Assembly (NCBI RefSeq): GCF_006345805.1 | Contig: NC_042997.1 | Span: 125,364,001-125,428,000 of the forward strand | Length of the DNA stretch: 64,000 nt | Reading direction: 5' to 3' | From: Octopus sinensis | Lineage: Eukaryota | Shown: piece by piece, positions 13,234 to 25,675 of the stretch | Layout: every line of letters starts with the position of its first letter | Position numbering within the stretch: position 1 is the stretch's first letter | The notes under the pieces: model-generated | What the model saw: only the letters and a program-made list of their open reading frames with translations | Database searches by the model: none | Told to the model about the DNA's origin: nothing | Made by a program: the position numbers and the translations under genes

Positions 13234-15360
13234 GAGTACTTACTTGTGTCGAAAGTTTTGGCTTCCTCGTTCTTTGATGTGTCTTCGAGGAGGTTTCTAT
13301 ATAGTTTTTGGGACAGATATTTCTGGAAACCCCCTACAGCATTTGGGAAGAGGGCTTTGAGTTTGTGGTGTTGTGTTTGTGTGATGTGTAGTATTTTGAT
13401 GTGTTGGGTGGTGTAGTGCGTGGATGATTGCTATTTTTAAAGTCATCTTCACAAATGTTTGTGTATCTGTGATGTACTCCATTAGTTTGGAGTCTTTTGT
13501 GTCTATCGCTGATAGCATTGTTTTTGTGGTGTTGGTGCTTGTTTTGTTGTGTATGGAGTTTTCAGGGTTCAGGTATCTCCCTGCTTTGGTTGCGATTCTT
13601 GTTTGGTTTTTCTTGATCTTTTTCTTTTACCCCCTGTGGCTATTTGCCATTCTGTCGAACTTTCATCGTTAGATGAAAAGTCTGACGAATCAGCAGGGGG
13701 CAAGGGTAAAGCGTCTGGGTGTGTTTGTGCGGTTGTAGATATTGTTGTGGTGCGCGGGGAGGGTGTTGCTGGGGGGGTTGTGTGGTTATTGTCTCTCCTA
13801 CATCCTTGGTGCTTGTCTTCTTCGTTGTTATTCTTGGTGTTGGAATTGGTTTATTTGTTGTTGGTGGTGATGATTCTGTTCTTGGCGCTGGTGTTGGTGT
13901 TGTTTGGTTGGGTTGGCTTGTTCTTTGTGTTTTTCCTGCATTTCGCATACAGCTTCTTGACTAGCTGTCCATATTGTGGTGTGGGCAATAATCCTGGCTT
14001 TTGTGATTTTTCCTGTGGCTGTTGTTGTTGTTGTAATTTTGCGGCAGATTTGCACTCCTTTTTGAGGTGTGCTTCACTGCCACATGCATAGCATCGTGGC
14101 CTTCTGCCCTCGACTACTACGTATAACTTGCGGCCATCCTCAAGATGTACGTGGGTGGAGATTTTATTTATGTCCTCTTGACTTATGTGGAAGAGGAACT
14201 CTATTCTCTTTCCCAGCCAGTCCTTGTTTTCCGAAACACCGATATCTAGGATGTTTAAGTCCTCCATTTCGGATGTTAAGGCGGATGTTATCCGCAGTGT
14301 TGTAGTCACTTGGGGGACACCACTGATAATGACTTTCGTCACCTTCTGGCCGAGGTAACTCGGTGTCAACGTTAGTTCATCAGAATGAAGGGTTATCGTT
14401 GAGAATTTCTTCGCCAACTCTTCATTCTGAAAAACCACCTGTACGTGTGCGAACTTGTTCGCCCAAGTCACACAATCCTTGTATCCCCAGATGGGGCGTA
14501 AGCACTTTTCGACTTTGTCTGTGCTTGCCTTTTCTGGACTTTTAGTTTTTTTTATTTGTGATTTTATATACAATTGTTTTTTTTCTCCTCATTCAGTATG
14601 TGAGAGGTATGTGTAAGAGTATTTTTCCGTTTTGATTTGTAATAAGGTTTCTGCAATCTTTAATCTGTTGTGTAGTAAACGAAACTTTTGTTACTTTTCT
14701 TTTATCGCCTCGGCGAAGTTTGTTGTTGTTTTGTTATTGTTGTTACTGCCGGTGGTGTTGGTGTTGATGGCAGGGGTGTGGGTTGTAGGTTTGTGGTTGC
14801 TGATTATGCAACTAGCAAGGGGTGGAAAATTGCCTGCGTAATTTAGTCCTGCATTAGCGCAAATTTCGGCATTTCGTTTGCTTGTCGTCGTTATTTTTTC
14901 ACTTGTTGGTGATGGAGTGAGCAGTGGTTGAAGGGAATGTTGTCGTCGTCGTCGTCGTTGTTGTTGTGTTGTTGTTATTGTCGTTCTTGGTGACGGCGGT
15001 GGTGTTAGTAGTATTAGTAGCATTGACGGCACGGTCTTTGGTGGCGGTGATGTGGTGTGTATTGTTATTGGTGGCGACGTCTTTAGTAGGGATAGCAGTT
15101 TTAGTAGCAGATTCTGCCATGGTGTTGTTGTCGGTGTTGGTGGTGGTGGTGGACTCACTGATGGTGTTGACGGTGCTTGGCCTTGCGACCTTTGTTTTGT
15201 ATTTGTTGCTGTTGTCGATGTTGATGGTGGCGGAGTTGTCAGGTTCAGCGTAAGGTAACAGAGCATCCTGTTTTTCTGCCTCTGCGTCACGCTTGACTTG
15301 CACCTCAGCCTCGTGGTGACCAGTGGCCATTTTGGAAATAAAATGGCTAAATGAAACCAC
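13234..15360 (-). pseudogene. ORF1: gag-like protein with CX2CX4HX4C zinc knuckle and T/N/Q/P-rich low-complexity flanks, frameshifted
   Basis: Pieces 14899-15360, 14691-15290, 13851-14573 (contains VEGRRPRCYACGSEAHLKKEC), 13640-13948 and 13297-13518, lying directly upstream of ORF2. Confidence 0.8.
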
Positions 15361-15550
15361 GAAGGCTATGAGAATTTTTTCTTTTAAATTTTGCCCACAA
15401 GGGGCAAAATTTTGTGTAGATATTAATCAAGGTTTGCAGTGGATGTTGTTGCACAACTTTTAAACACAAAATATTTCACAATAAACAATTTTCAACGTAC
15501 AAAATGACCAACTTAGTGGAGCCCATTTGACTAGCGTCCGTCCATGTCGA

Positions 15551-15563
15551 GAGATAGATAGAC

Positions 15564-15631
<68 letters not shown>

Positions 15632-15690
15632 GGATAGATAGACATACATACATACAGACAGACAGATACATAGATAGGTAGATAGATACA
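15551..15690. repeat. (GATA)n tract flanking the 5' end of the Tx1 LINE
   Basis: Directly visible, same strand phase as 8868-9349. Confidence 0.95.
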
Positions 15691-16401
15691 TACATACACA
15701 CGTACATAAGTTTGTATATCCGTATGAATGTTTTTTTCTATATACGTATGTATATGTGTATATTTATCCAAAGTTTAAATAGAAATGTAAAAAAATGTAT
15801 ATGGCGTTAAAAAATTTATGTATACAAAAATGTGTGTATTTAAATATACTAAACATTTTATTTAAATATATGCACAGACTTTAAAGATAAAAATATTTAT
15901 ATGGATGTATGTATGTATACATGCATGTATTATGTATGTATGTATGTATGTATGTATGTATGTATGTATGTATGACTGTATGTATGCATGTATGTATGTA
16001 TGTATGTATGTATGTATGTATGTATGTATGTGTATGTATGTTTGTATGTGTGTGCGTATGTATGTATCTGTATGTATGTTTGTATATGTGTGTGTATGTG
16101 TGTGTATATGTATGTATGCGGAGTTCATGAGTATATGTACGTGGATATAGATTCTCATTAAAATGTTTTGACAAAAGCACTTTAAATAAAATTGTATATG
16201 TGTTATGTATGACGTGTGGGAAGGTGTGTCTATGGCTTCTAAGATATGCATGTGCGTGCATTTGTGTGTGTGTTTGTGCATCAGCGTGGGTGTCGGTGTG
16301 TGTCGGAGTGTGCGGTGTGTTCGGACGTGTATGGTTGTGAGTTACTAAGAGTGGACGCAAGTTATTTTTCTGTGTGTGCATTTGTGTGTCTGGGCAACAT
16401 G

Positions 16402-16480
<79 letters not shown>

Positions 16481-16489
16481 TATATGCAC

Positions 16490-16527
<38 letters not shown>

Positions 16528-16965
16528 TCAGATTTGTATTCCGGGGCCCCGACCTGGACCTGGACCTGGTCGGGGAGGCAGGAACTTAATTGCCTCAACT
16601 ATGTGTTTTAAATTGTAAAAACTATTGTAAGAGGGCTAATACCTCATTTTGTATTTTCAAATCATCGTACTCGCGCCAAATTTATCGGCAGCAAATATAA
16701 GCTGCCGATTCCATTTCGGAATTAAACAGAAAATTCATAATTAATCAATATAGGGTGGCAAAAGAATTCAGCAGAAATTATTTGCCACCAGCGGCCTAGT
16801 GGGAAAAAGTAAATAGTCAGAGACCATTAATAAATTCAACAGCAAAATTTAGGAACGGCCATAATAGGCCGTTCAACCCACTAGAAATAGCAGCCAAGGC
16901 TTCAACCGCAAAACAATATTAATTCCGTAAACCAGGAGAAAATTTAAAAAACATTTACCCTGTAA

Positions 16966-17070
16966 TACCTTATACAATGCATCGTTTCGTCTATTTTTTA
17001 ATGGTAAACCAACTTGATTAAATTAAATCAAGCTAATCTTCCATAGGCCAATAAATTCATCAGTAAGGTA
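16966..17070 (-). ncRNA. Type I hammerhead ribozyme in the inverted copy
   Basis: Reverse complement of 17341-17445 with minor changes (TCATCAG at 17057-63). Confidence 0.8.
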
Positions 17071-17340
17071 AGCCAGACGGGCTTACTGTTGAATTAATTA
17101 ATGGTCTCTGACTATTTACTTTTTCCCACTAGGCCGCTGGTGGCAAATAATTTCTGCTGAATTCTTTTGCCACCCTATATTGATTAATTATGGATTTTCT
17201 GTTTAATTCCGAAATGGAATCGGCAGCTTATATTTGCTGCCGATAAATTTGGCGCGCGTACGATGATTTGAAAATTTTAGGTCAGATATAGCCGAGACAG
17301 TAGTGGAGCTGCGTCGTGCAAATATCTGTCCCGTCTGGCT

Positions 17341-17445
17341 TACCTTACTGATGAATTTATTGGCCTATGGAAGATTAGCTTGATTTAATTCAATCAAGTT
17401 GATTTACCATTAAAAAATAGACGAAACGATGCATTGTATAAGGTA
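17341..17445 (+). ncRNA. Type I hammerhead ribozyme with long stem II
   Basis: Stem I TACCTTA(17341-47)/TAAGGTA(17439-45); core CTGATGA (17348-54); 68-nt stem II hairpin; GAA (17423-25); stem III ACGATGCATTGT; cleavage triplet GTA (site after 17438). The 10.1-11.1 pair is A.C rather than G-C. Confidence 0.8.
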
Positions 17446-17823
17446 TTACAGGGTAAATGTTTTTTAAATTTTCTCCTGGTTTACGGAATTAATATTGTTT
17501 TGCGGTTGAAGCCTTGGCTGCTATTTCTAGTGGGTTGAACGGCCTATTATGGCCGTTCCTAAATTTTGCTGTTGAATTTATTAATGGTCTCTGACTATTT
17601 ACTTTTTCCCACTAGGCCGCTGGTGGCAAATAATTTCTGCTGAATTCTTTTGCCACCCTATATTGATTAATTATGAATTTTCTGTTTAATTCCGAAATGG
17701 AATCGGCAGCTTATATTTGCTGCCGATAAATTTGGCGCGAGTACGATGATTTGAAAATTTTAGGTCAGATATAGCCGAGACAGTAGTGGAGCTGCCTCGT
17801 GCAAATATCTGTCCCGTCTGGCT

Positions 17824-17928
17824 TACCTTACTGATGAATTTATTGGCCTATGGAAGATTAGCTTGATTTAATTTAATCAAGTTGATTTACCATTAAAAAA
17901 TAGACGAAACGATGCATTGTATAAGGTA
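17824..17928 (+). ncRNA. Type I hammerhead ribozyme, second tandem copy
   Basis: Same architecture; predicted cleavage after 17921, 483 nt from the first site. Confidence 0.8.
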
Positions 17929-18174
17929 TTACAGGGTAAATGTTTTTAAATTTTCTCCTGGTTTACGGATTAATATTGTTTTGCGGTTGAAGCCTTGGCT
18001 GCTATTTCTAGTGGGTTGAACGGCCTATTATGGCCGTTCCTAAATTTTGCTGTTGAATTTATTAATGGTCTCTGACTATTTACTTTTTCCCACTAGGCCG
18101 CTGGTGGCAAATAATTTCTGCTGAATTCTTTTGCCACCCTATATTGATTAATTATATTTATATATAAGTATATA

Positions 18175-18207
<33 letters not shown>

Positions 18208-19148
18208 AAAACAAATGCTAGGTGTTTAAACACGAGTAAATTTTTATTACAAACCAAAAAGAATACTATGGAAACTTAATCACGATTAAAAGAAAGAATC
18301 TATCTTTCTATCAAAATATGCTACCAGTTTCGTATGTGCTCCTTGCAAATTCATTTGGTGTTCATATCTTTTTTCTCTCTTTACTGTTGCTGGGTTGTTG
18401 TTGTTCTTGCTGTTGTTGTTGTTGTGGCTATTAGTTGTAACAGATGCAACAATGCAGCCATAGTAGTCATAGAAGTGGTTGTGTCAATCTAACTAGTATC
18501 AGCTTTAGCGAAACTTGGAGAGAACGTAGCGGTAGTTATTTCCCTTTCTCTCCAACAATTATTTAGAAGTGGTCGGTTTTAGTGAGGAAAGTTGCTTCTT
18601 TGTTAATGCCTTGTTATTGCAATGTTGTGTTGTTACATCACTGCGTTGATATAAAGGGAAAATATTAAAGTTCGGCTGCTTCTCACTTGGTTGTCAATAC
18701 GATTATTCATCCCTATTTGTCTGCTTCCAGCATTTTAATTGATTATCTATACAGAATCATACATTGTCTTCAGAACACACTGATTTGTCCGATATAATTC
18801 TCATGAACCTCCGCAGAAGCTACTGTCACGAAACAATCAGAAACAATCGAATTCAGAATCGAAACGGCAATCAGAACAAATCGAAATATCAACATTATGA
18901 TATTTTTGTAATGAAAACTGTTGAGCCATCATACCTGATATCGTGAACGATTAATTTAATTTACTTTCACTGATTAGTTTTCTCTTATATTTTAGCACGA
19001 TTAAAACCTCCGTTAAACTGATTGATGCGGGTAGCAAAATTTGACAAAAATGAAAAGATTTTATTTTATCTACGATAAAGTTCTCAACACATTTTCTTCT
19101 CCTTGTTTATATACATATGTGTGTGTGTGTATGTATATATATATATAC

Positions 19149-19220
<72 letters not shown>

Positions 19221-19476
19221 CATACATATACATATATGCATGTACATCTATATTCACGCATACATGCCTATCTAAAAATTCATCCAGTTCATGTATTTTC
19301 CGTATGTCTATGTGTGTGTATATATACATAAACTCGCTGAATATGGCCGAATATAAAGGAATACTCATATAACTCTATATAAGCATACATATATTATAAC
19401 TATATATGTATATATGTATATATGTATAATTATGCATGCATGTCTGTGTATAATAATATATCTCTAGGTATGTATG

Positions 19477-19565
<89 letters not shown>

Positions 19566-20084
19566 GATAGACGTAAACGTGCATTTTATTGTGAAAACTC
19601 TTCACTTTAATACACAACTTGTTTATTGTATTACGCGAGATGCTGAATGGAAAAAACTACATTTTGAGAGAAAGGAGGGGTTTATTTTTTTATTTTTGTT
19701 TGTATTTTTTTATCTCCTCTTCAAGTCATTGATGTTGTTTATGAAACGTTGTTGACTTAGTAAAGCATATTTTTTTTTACTCTTGAAGCCAATATCAGTC
19801 GCTTTGAAATTTTAAACACCATCTTTGCTTTCTACCTTACTCATCCGTTATATACGTACATTCATACATACACACACACATGCATATATATATATATATA
19901 TAATATATATATATATATATAATATATATATATGTATATGTGTATATATATATATTTGTATAATAATGTAAATTATATATATGCATATATGTATGTATAT
20001 GAATATATATATATATACGTACATTCATACATGCACACACATGCATAATACATACATACATTCATACATACACCTATAAATATA

Positions 20085-20119
<35 letters not shown>

Positions 20120-21290
20120 GTATTTATATATACATACGTATATATATATATATCGTAGACATGTATATGCACGTGTGTACATCTGTATGCGTATGTATTT
20201 CTCTCTCACACTCTCTCTCTCTCTCTCTCTTTCTGCATCTGTCTATCTTTATAATAGTATTATTTACTTTAACAGGAAGTTGTTTCCTTCAAATTTCAGC
20301 TACCTCTTTCCCGTAATATTACTTATCTTCCGCATTATTACTACATATCAATGTATTTCTTTATTTACTTAGCTGTTTCTTATACTTATTCTCATTCTTA
20401 TTCTTATTCATCTTATTCTTATTCTTCTTATTCTTATTCTTATTCTTATTCTTATTCTTCTTCTTATTATTATTATTCGCCACCTGTTTTCAATCGTTTT
20501 ATGCGCATTTTCATTGCAGTACCTGGTGCACTTCCGTGCACCTGATTTGCGAGTTACATTGTCTTTTAAAGATATACATGTTTGCTTCTACGCATTTATT
20601 CATCATTTACGCTTTGTTCTGGGATTGCTCTTTTTTTCATTTTGTTAGGTGTTACTTTTCACTCTTTGTTATGTTCTGTACTTTATGTACAATCTACCTT
20701 ATATTACGTTGGGTGGTGTCGGTGCTTCTCTGTTTCTTCTTTCTGTTTATTGTGTGCTGTGTGGTTGGCATTAGCAGTTTTCTGTGCGTACCTGTGTGTA
20801 TTTGTGTGTTCGTGTGTGTGAGATTCAATGCTTGTCTATATTGTTGTGTTACTGAACGGCAGCTGTGAGGAATGGGAGTTGTTAGTTCATGGTGTTATAA
20901 TGTTGGATATCGAACATATATCAGTATACGTTGAATTACTTCATTTTGTATTGATTACATAGAATATATCCCAGCTTCGTCAACAACTCGCAGGCTGAAA
21001 TAGGTAAAAGTGTGAAAAAGTAAATATTCTTTCATAAAGTTTGGAGACGATTCTGTAGTTTATATGTTGTGTGAATTATTGTTTTTATTGAATGGCTATT
21101 ATAATTGAATATGCGCTGTGCGTGGAGAGTGTAATGTCTGAGTTATGTTAATAAATTGGAAATGACTCGCCAAGGATCTGATGTGTACCTAGAATGTCTG
21201 CTTTCTAATCTGTCAGGAATATTGTGAGCACTGGTCTATTTTTCAATTTTTTCATTAAACATTTTATATATTTATTAATATTTTGCTTTT

Positions 21291-21478
21291 GCAGGAGCGA
21301 CTGTGTGGTAAGTACCTTGCTTAACTACCACGTGGTTCCGGATTCAGTGCCACCGCGTGGCACCTTGGACAAGTGTCTTCTACAATAGCTTCGGGCCGAC
21401 CAAAGCCTTGTGAGTGGATTTGGTAGACGGAAACTGAAAGAAGCCCGTCATATATATATGTATGTATGTGTGTGTGTG

Positions 21479-21523
<45 letters not shown>

Positions 21524-21692
21524 CATGTTTGTGAGCCTGTGTTTGTCTCCCCAACATCGCTTGACAACCGATGCTGGTGTGTTCACGTCCCCGTAACTTA
21601 GCAGTTCGGCAAAAGAGACCGATAGAATAAGTACTAGGCTTACAAAGAATAAGTCCAGGGGTCGATTTGCTCGACTAAAGGCGGTGCTCCAG
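21291..21692 (+). mobile_element. tRNA-head CORE-type SINE (family B) with internal AT/GT microsatellite
   Basis: gcaggag.g.ctgtgtggtaag...ggttc..gtcccac.gcgtggcaccttgggcaagtgtcttcta...gaagcccgtc [microsatellite] gcttgacaaccgatgc...ggcggtgctccag. Confidence 0.85.
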
Positions 21693-22224
21693 TCACCATC
21701 ATTTAGTGCGGACAAGATATATTTCTATCAACTTTGCTGGCTCTCGGATATTTATCAGTAGTTTGCTTTTATTTTCTTTCTATCTAAGATCTTCAATTTA
21801 CTTATAGCTTATATTGAAACTAGTTTATAAATTGGATGGCTAGTAGTTAATAGCAAATGCCTTATTTCTGGGATTGAATTCAGTATTGACTGTTAGTTGG
21901 AAGATTCTGTTGCAACTTTTTCTAATTTTATTCTTCATTTCCGAACGTTATATCTTATCAGTTTCGTTTGCTCCAACGCATTTGTATTGTTAGGTCTGGT
22001 CTGATTTTCAGATTTCGATGTCAGTCTCAGATTTAATGTTCTAAATTTTAGCTACGTGCAGATGATTATGTTTGTGATATTTGTTTCGGATCTTTACGTT
22101 CTCAGTTCAAATCTTGTGAGAGTAAAATTTACTTTTCATCCTTTCTGGCTCAAATACTGGTGTCGATGGTATCGACTAAATATCAGAATTACTGACCTTG
22201 TGCCAGAGACAGAAAGGATTATTA

Positions 22225-22234
22225 TTATTATTAC

Positions 22235-22307
<73 letters not shown>

Positions 22308-22350
22308 GCTGTTGTTGTTGTTGTTGTGTTGTTGTTGTTGTTGTTGTTGT
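22225..22350. repeat. (ATT)n/(GTT)n microsatellite
   Basis: Directly visible. Confidence 0.95.
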
Positions 22351-22906
22351 TTTCCTTCTTTCTTTAAATTTTCTTCCATTTCTCTCCGAGCGCTTTCCGT
22401 ACACCTTGGGCAGAGAAGCTCATTGTATGCATTCCCAGATTACACACGCAAATTTACAGGTGAAATATGTATTTTAAAAAATTAATAAATAAATAAATCC
22501 ATGAATGGATGTTGTTTTCACAGCGATAATGCTCTTCTCAGTACATGAGTCGTTCAAGTTAATACGATTTTTTGCACTTCCTGTAGGGATGTTAAGCCTG
22601 GTATCATTTTCAAATAGGTTTCAGTACTTTTTTTTTTATCATTCATAGAGATCCTACAATCACTGGTACTGTAGTCGACTTGAGATGCCGCATTTTTTCA
22701 ATTTCTATTAGCAAGTCTTTATATTTACTGATCTTGTCAGATTCTTTCGCCGCTATGTTAAGATCGCAAGGGATACTCATGTCAATTAATAAACACACCG
22801 TTTTTGTCTGACCTTTTATAATAATATCCGGTTTATTAGCTTTTATAGTTTTGTCGGTATGTATGTATGTATGTATGTATGTATGTATTATTATTAATAT
22901 TTATTA

Positions 22907-22970
<64 letters not shown>

Positions 22971-23106
22971 AAATGAACAATATTTCGACATCTCGTGTGT
23001 CTTCTACAAGTTCAAAATAAACATCTGAATCTGCTTCATTTTGGTAATATTTAAAGGATTGATGTTACTCCTCCAGAAAGTAAAGAAACAATACCCACTG
23101 GAGCAA

Positions 23107-23375
23107 AGCACGCCGGGCGAAACGTTTAGCGGTATTTCGTCTGCCGTTACGTTCTGAGTTCAAATTTCGCCGAGGTCGACTTTGCCTTTCATCCTTTCGG
23201 GGTCGATTAAATAAGTACCAGCTACGCACTGGGGTCGATATAATCGACTTAGTCCGTTTGTCTGTCCTTGTTTGTCCTCACTGTGTTTAGCTCCTTGTAG
23301 GTAGTAAAGAAATAGGTATTACGTCTGTCTTTACGTTCTGAGTACAAAATTCCGCTGAAGTCGAGCTTGCCTTGC
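23107..23375 (+). mobile_element. tRNA-head SINE (family A) plus partial second unit
   Basis: cgccgggcgaaa...gttctgagttcaaatt.cgccgaggtcgactttgcctttcatcctttcggggtcga...agtaaagaaatagg. The central gcctttcatcctttcggggtcgata block resembles, from memory, the Meta-SINE domain. Confidence 0.85.
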
Positions 23376-24423
23376 ATCGATTTACCCCAAACCCGAAATT
23401 GCTGGCCTTGTGCCAAATTTGAAATAATTGTTGTTGTTGTTGTTGTTGTTAATACTGATGAGGCCCTCCACGAATGCGAAGGCCGATACCTTGACGTTGG
23501 GTTTCAGAAGCTGAAGTTCGAATACTGCAAGCTAAAAAAACGCGTAAAATTGAATGCTGTTTTCGGGGTGAGATCGTGAATTTAAGTTGTTTGCTTGCGT
23601 GGCAGCATATCAGTAGTCCTGTAATGTACCTTAAAGAGGTCACAAATTGTGCAGAGGAGCAGTATTCTACACTGAAAATAACCATACAAAATGTTTGTTA
23701 GAACATCTTGTCTATTCGTGAGAAACAAAATTCTGTGGCGGGGACAAGCTGTGAAACATTGACTCAAAGTCAATCTGTGATTCTTGTTGAAGGAATAGAA
23801 TCAATAAAATAATGTTCTTCCAGACATAGTAAAATCGTTTAAGTCTTGCCTAAATGTCTGAGATGAGTTATTGATAATACGATTATAATTCTTTGGACTA
23901 TTAACCTTGTCTACAGAGATAAAACATTTTTTTATTAATTATATCTAAACTGTATTTTAATCCTTTTGATCTCAAGTTGTCACTTGTTATTTATTCTCGG
24001 ATGTGTGCATCGTGTCGAACTAGACACTAACGAGGAACGTTTATTTAAAAACACGATTATATCGTTCAAATCTTGTACGACACAGTCTATGTATCCATAA
24101 ATGGGACACATAATCATGATCAGAGATCAAACCCATCGAAAAGTAGTCTAGACGTAAATATTTCAAACAAAAAAGCCGATCCCTATAAGAATGTTCACAA
24201 TGCCTCATCTACGGGTTCTTTAACTATAGTCAGCAATCACAGTTGTGATGAATTATGCGATTGGGTTATTACTCCCCACTTTAAGCTGTACATCGAACGG
24301 TGTTAGTGATTCGCTGATATCCTTTCACTGACTATTCGAGGCAAACAGCAACAAAATAAACCTAGGAGTTAAAGGCTAATATACAAAGATGCAGACATTA
24401 AAAGATTGCACACACACACACAC

Positions 24424-24464
<41 letters not shown>

Positions 24465-24470
24465 CATACA

Positions 24471-24896
24471 AGCGTGGGTGTGTGGTAAGAAGCTTCTTTC
24501 CCAGCCACATGGTTTCGGGTTCAGTCCCACTGCAGGCACCTTGGGCAAGAGTCTTCTACTATAGCCTCAAGTCAACCAAATCCTTGTGAGTGGATTTAGT
24601 AGATGGAAACTCAAAGAAGCCCGTCGTGTATATATATATGTGCGCGTGTGTGTGCATGTATGTATGCATATGTGTACATATTTGTGTGTTTGTGTCTGTC
24701 ATTGTCTCCCTATCATCACTTGACAACTGTTGTTGGTGTGCTTATGTTCCTGTAACTCAGAGGTTTGTCAAAAGTAACCGATAGAATAAGTACCAGCTTA
24801 CAAAGAATAAGTCCATGGGTCGATTTCTCCGATTAAAAGGCGGTGCTCAGCATGGCCACAGTCAAATGACTGAAACAAGAGTAAACGAATAAAAGA

Positions 24897-24898
<2 letters not shown>
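24471..24898 (+). mobile_element. SINE family B copy
   Basis: Collinear with 21291-21692 and ends in tgaaacaag...(GATA)n. Confidence 0.8.
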
Positions 24899-24973
<75 letters not shown>

Positions 24974-25476
24974 CAGACAGACAACTAAACAAGTGACAGA
25001 AGCACTATTAATACCAAAAGTTAAAGTTTATCCCAGTTAAAAGTTGATGTGTTAGAATACAGAATTCTGCGATATTTACCTAAAGAAATTTTCTCATATA
25101 GTCTTGGGATGCATATGAGCACTCTTGCACGTCTAGAGGGAGGGCAATCACCGCCATCCTCAATGCCAGGGCCACCAGATCACATAGTTTCGGCCTTTTT
25201 TAGCCTTATCATTGGTAATTACCTGACTGCTGGAAATAATAATAACTGTCCCATCTGCAATATACATAGAATCAAACGTTTAAACGTTGCTTCGCAATCA
25301 GTTCTTTGTTTCTATACAACCGCACAGCATCAAGAGAAAGTGTATTTTACTGTTGTCTTGGGTCGTAAGCTTTGTGAGTGAAACTGAATAGGTGGAAATG
25401 GAGACTGTGGAAGCTAATCGAATGCACTGTACCTGTTTTCCGAAAGGCCAGCGTTGCCACAAACTACGTTGCCCTT

Positions 25477-25675
25477 CAAGAATTTGGACCTGGAGGTCTC
25501 CATTTCCAGCGACTTCGAGGGCCACCCCCCAGTGGTGTCGGTCGTCAACGAAGAGCCCTCGACTACAACAAGACGATCAAAGTTTTTTTTTTTTCCAAGG
25601 TCTGGGGTCTCCCGCCCCTAAGCCCTAGACCATCACCTAATCACCCTTACCCGTCTTGTTACTTCACAACAACAG
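25477..25675. repeat. Unclassified ~200-bp interspersed repeat, second copy at 37821-38015
   Basis: caagaatttggacctg.ag.tctccatttccagcgacttc.agggccacc...cgtcaacgaagagcc.tcgac.acaacaagacga...cccgcccctaagcccta.accatcac.taatcacccttac is shared by both loci. Confidence 0.85.

Larger units (their letters stand above)
9350..15550 (-). mobile_element. Near full-length Tx1/L1-clade non-LTR retrotransposon (~6.2 kb), frameshifted
   Basis: 5' UTR ~15361-15550, gag-knuckle ORF1, APE-RT-CCHC ORF2, ~400-bp 3' UTR ending in AATAAA (9355-9360, minus), with (TATC)n on both sides and no LTRs. Confidence 0.92.
16653..18155. mobile_element. ~483-bp unit array (one inverted partial copy + ~2.2 tandem copies), each full unit with a type I hammerhead: candidate non-LTR retrozyme
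   Basis: aatggtctctgact recurs at 17100, 17583 and 18064. 16653-17081 is the near-exact reverse complement of 17330-17758. Right end runs into (AT)n/(ATGT)n. Confidence 0.85.

Noticed and set aside
9755-15360. Programmed frameshifting in the Tx1 ORFs
   Set aside because: Multiple scattered single-base shifts fit decay or long-read indel errors better. Short-read polishing would decide whether the copy is intact.
23450-23505. CTGATGA-GGCC...GGCC-GATAC...GTT hammerhead-like motif
   Set aside because: Good stem II, but A14 is mutated and stem I does not pair. At most a dead relic, so not called.
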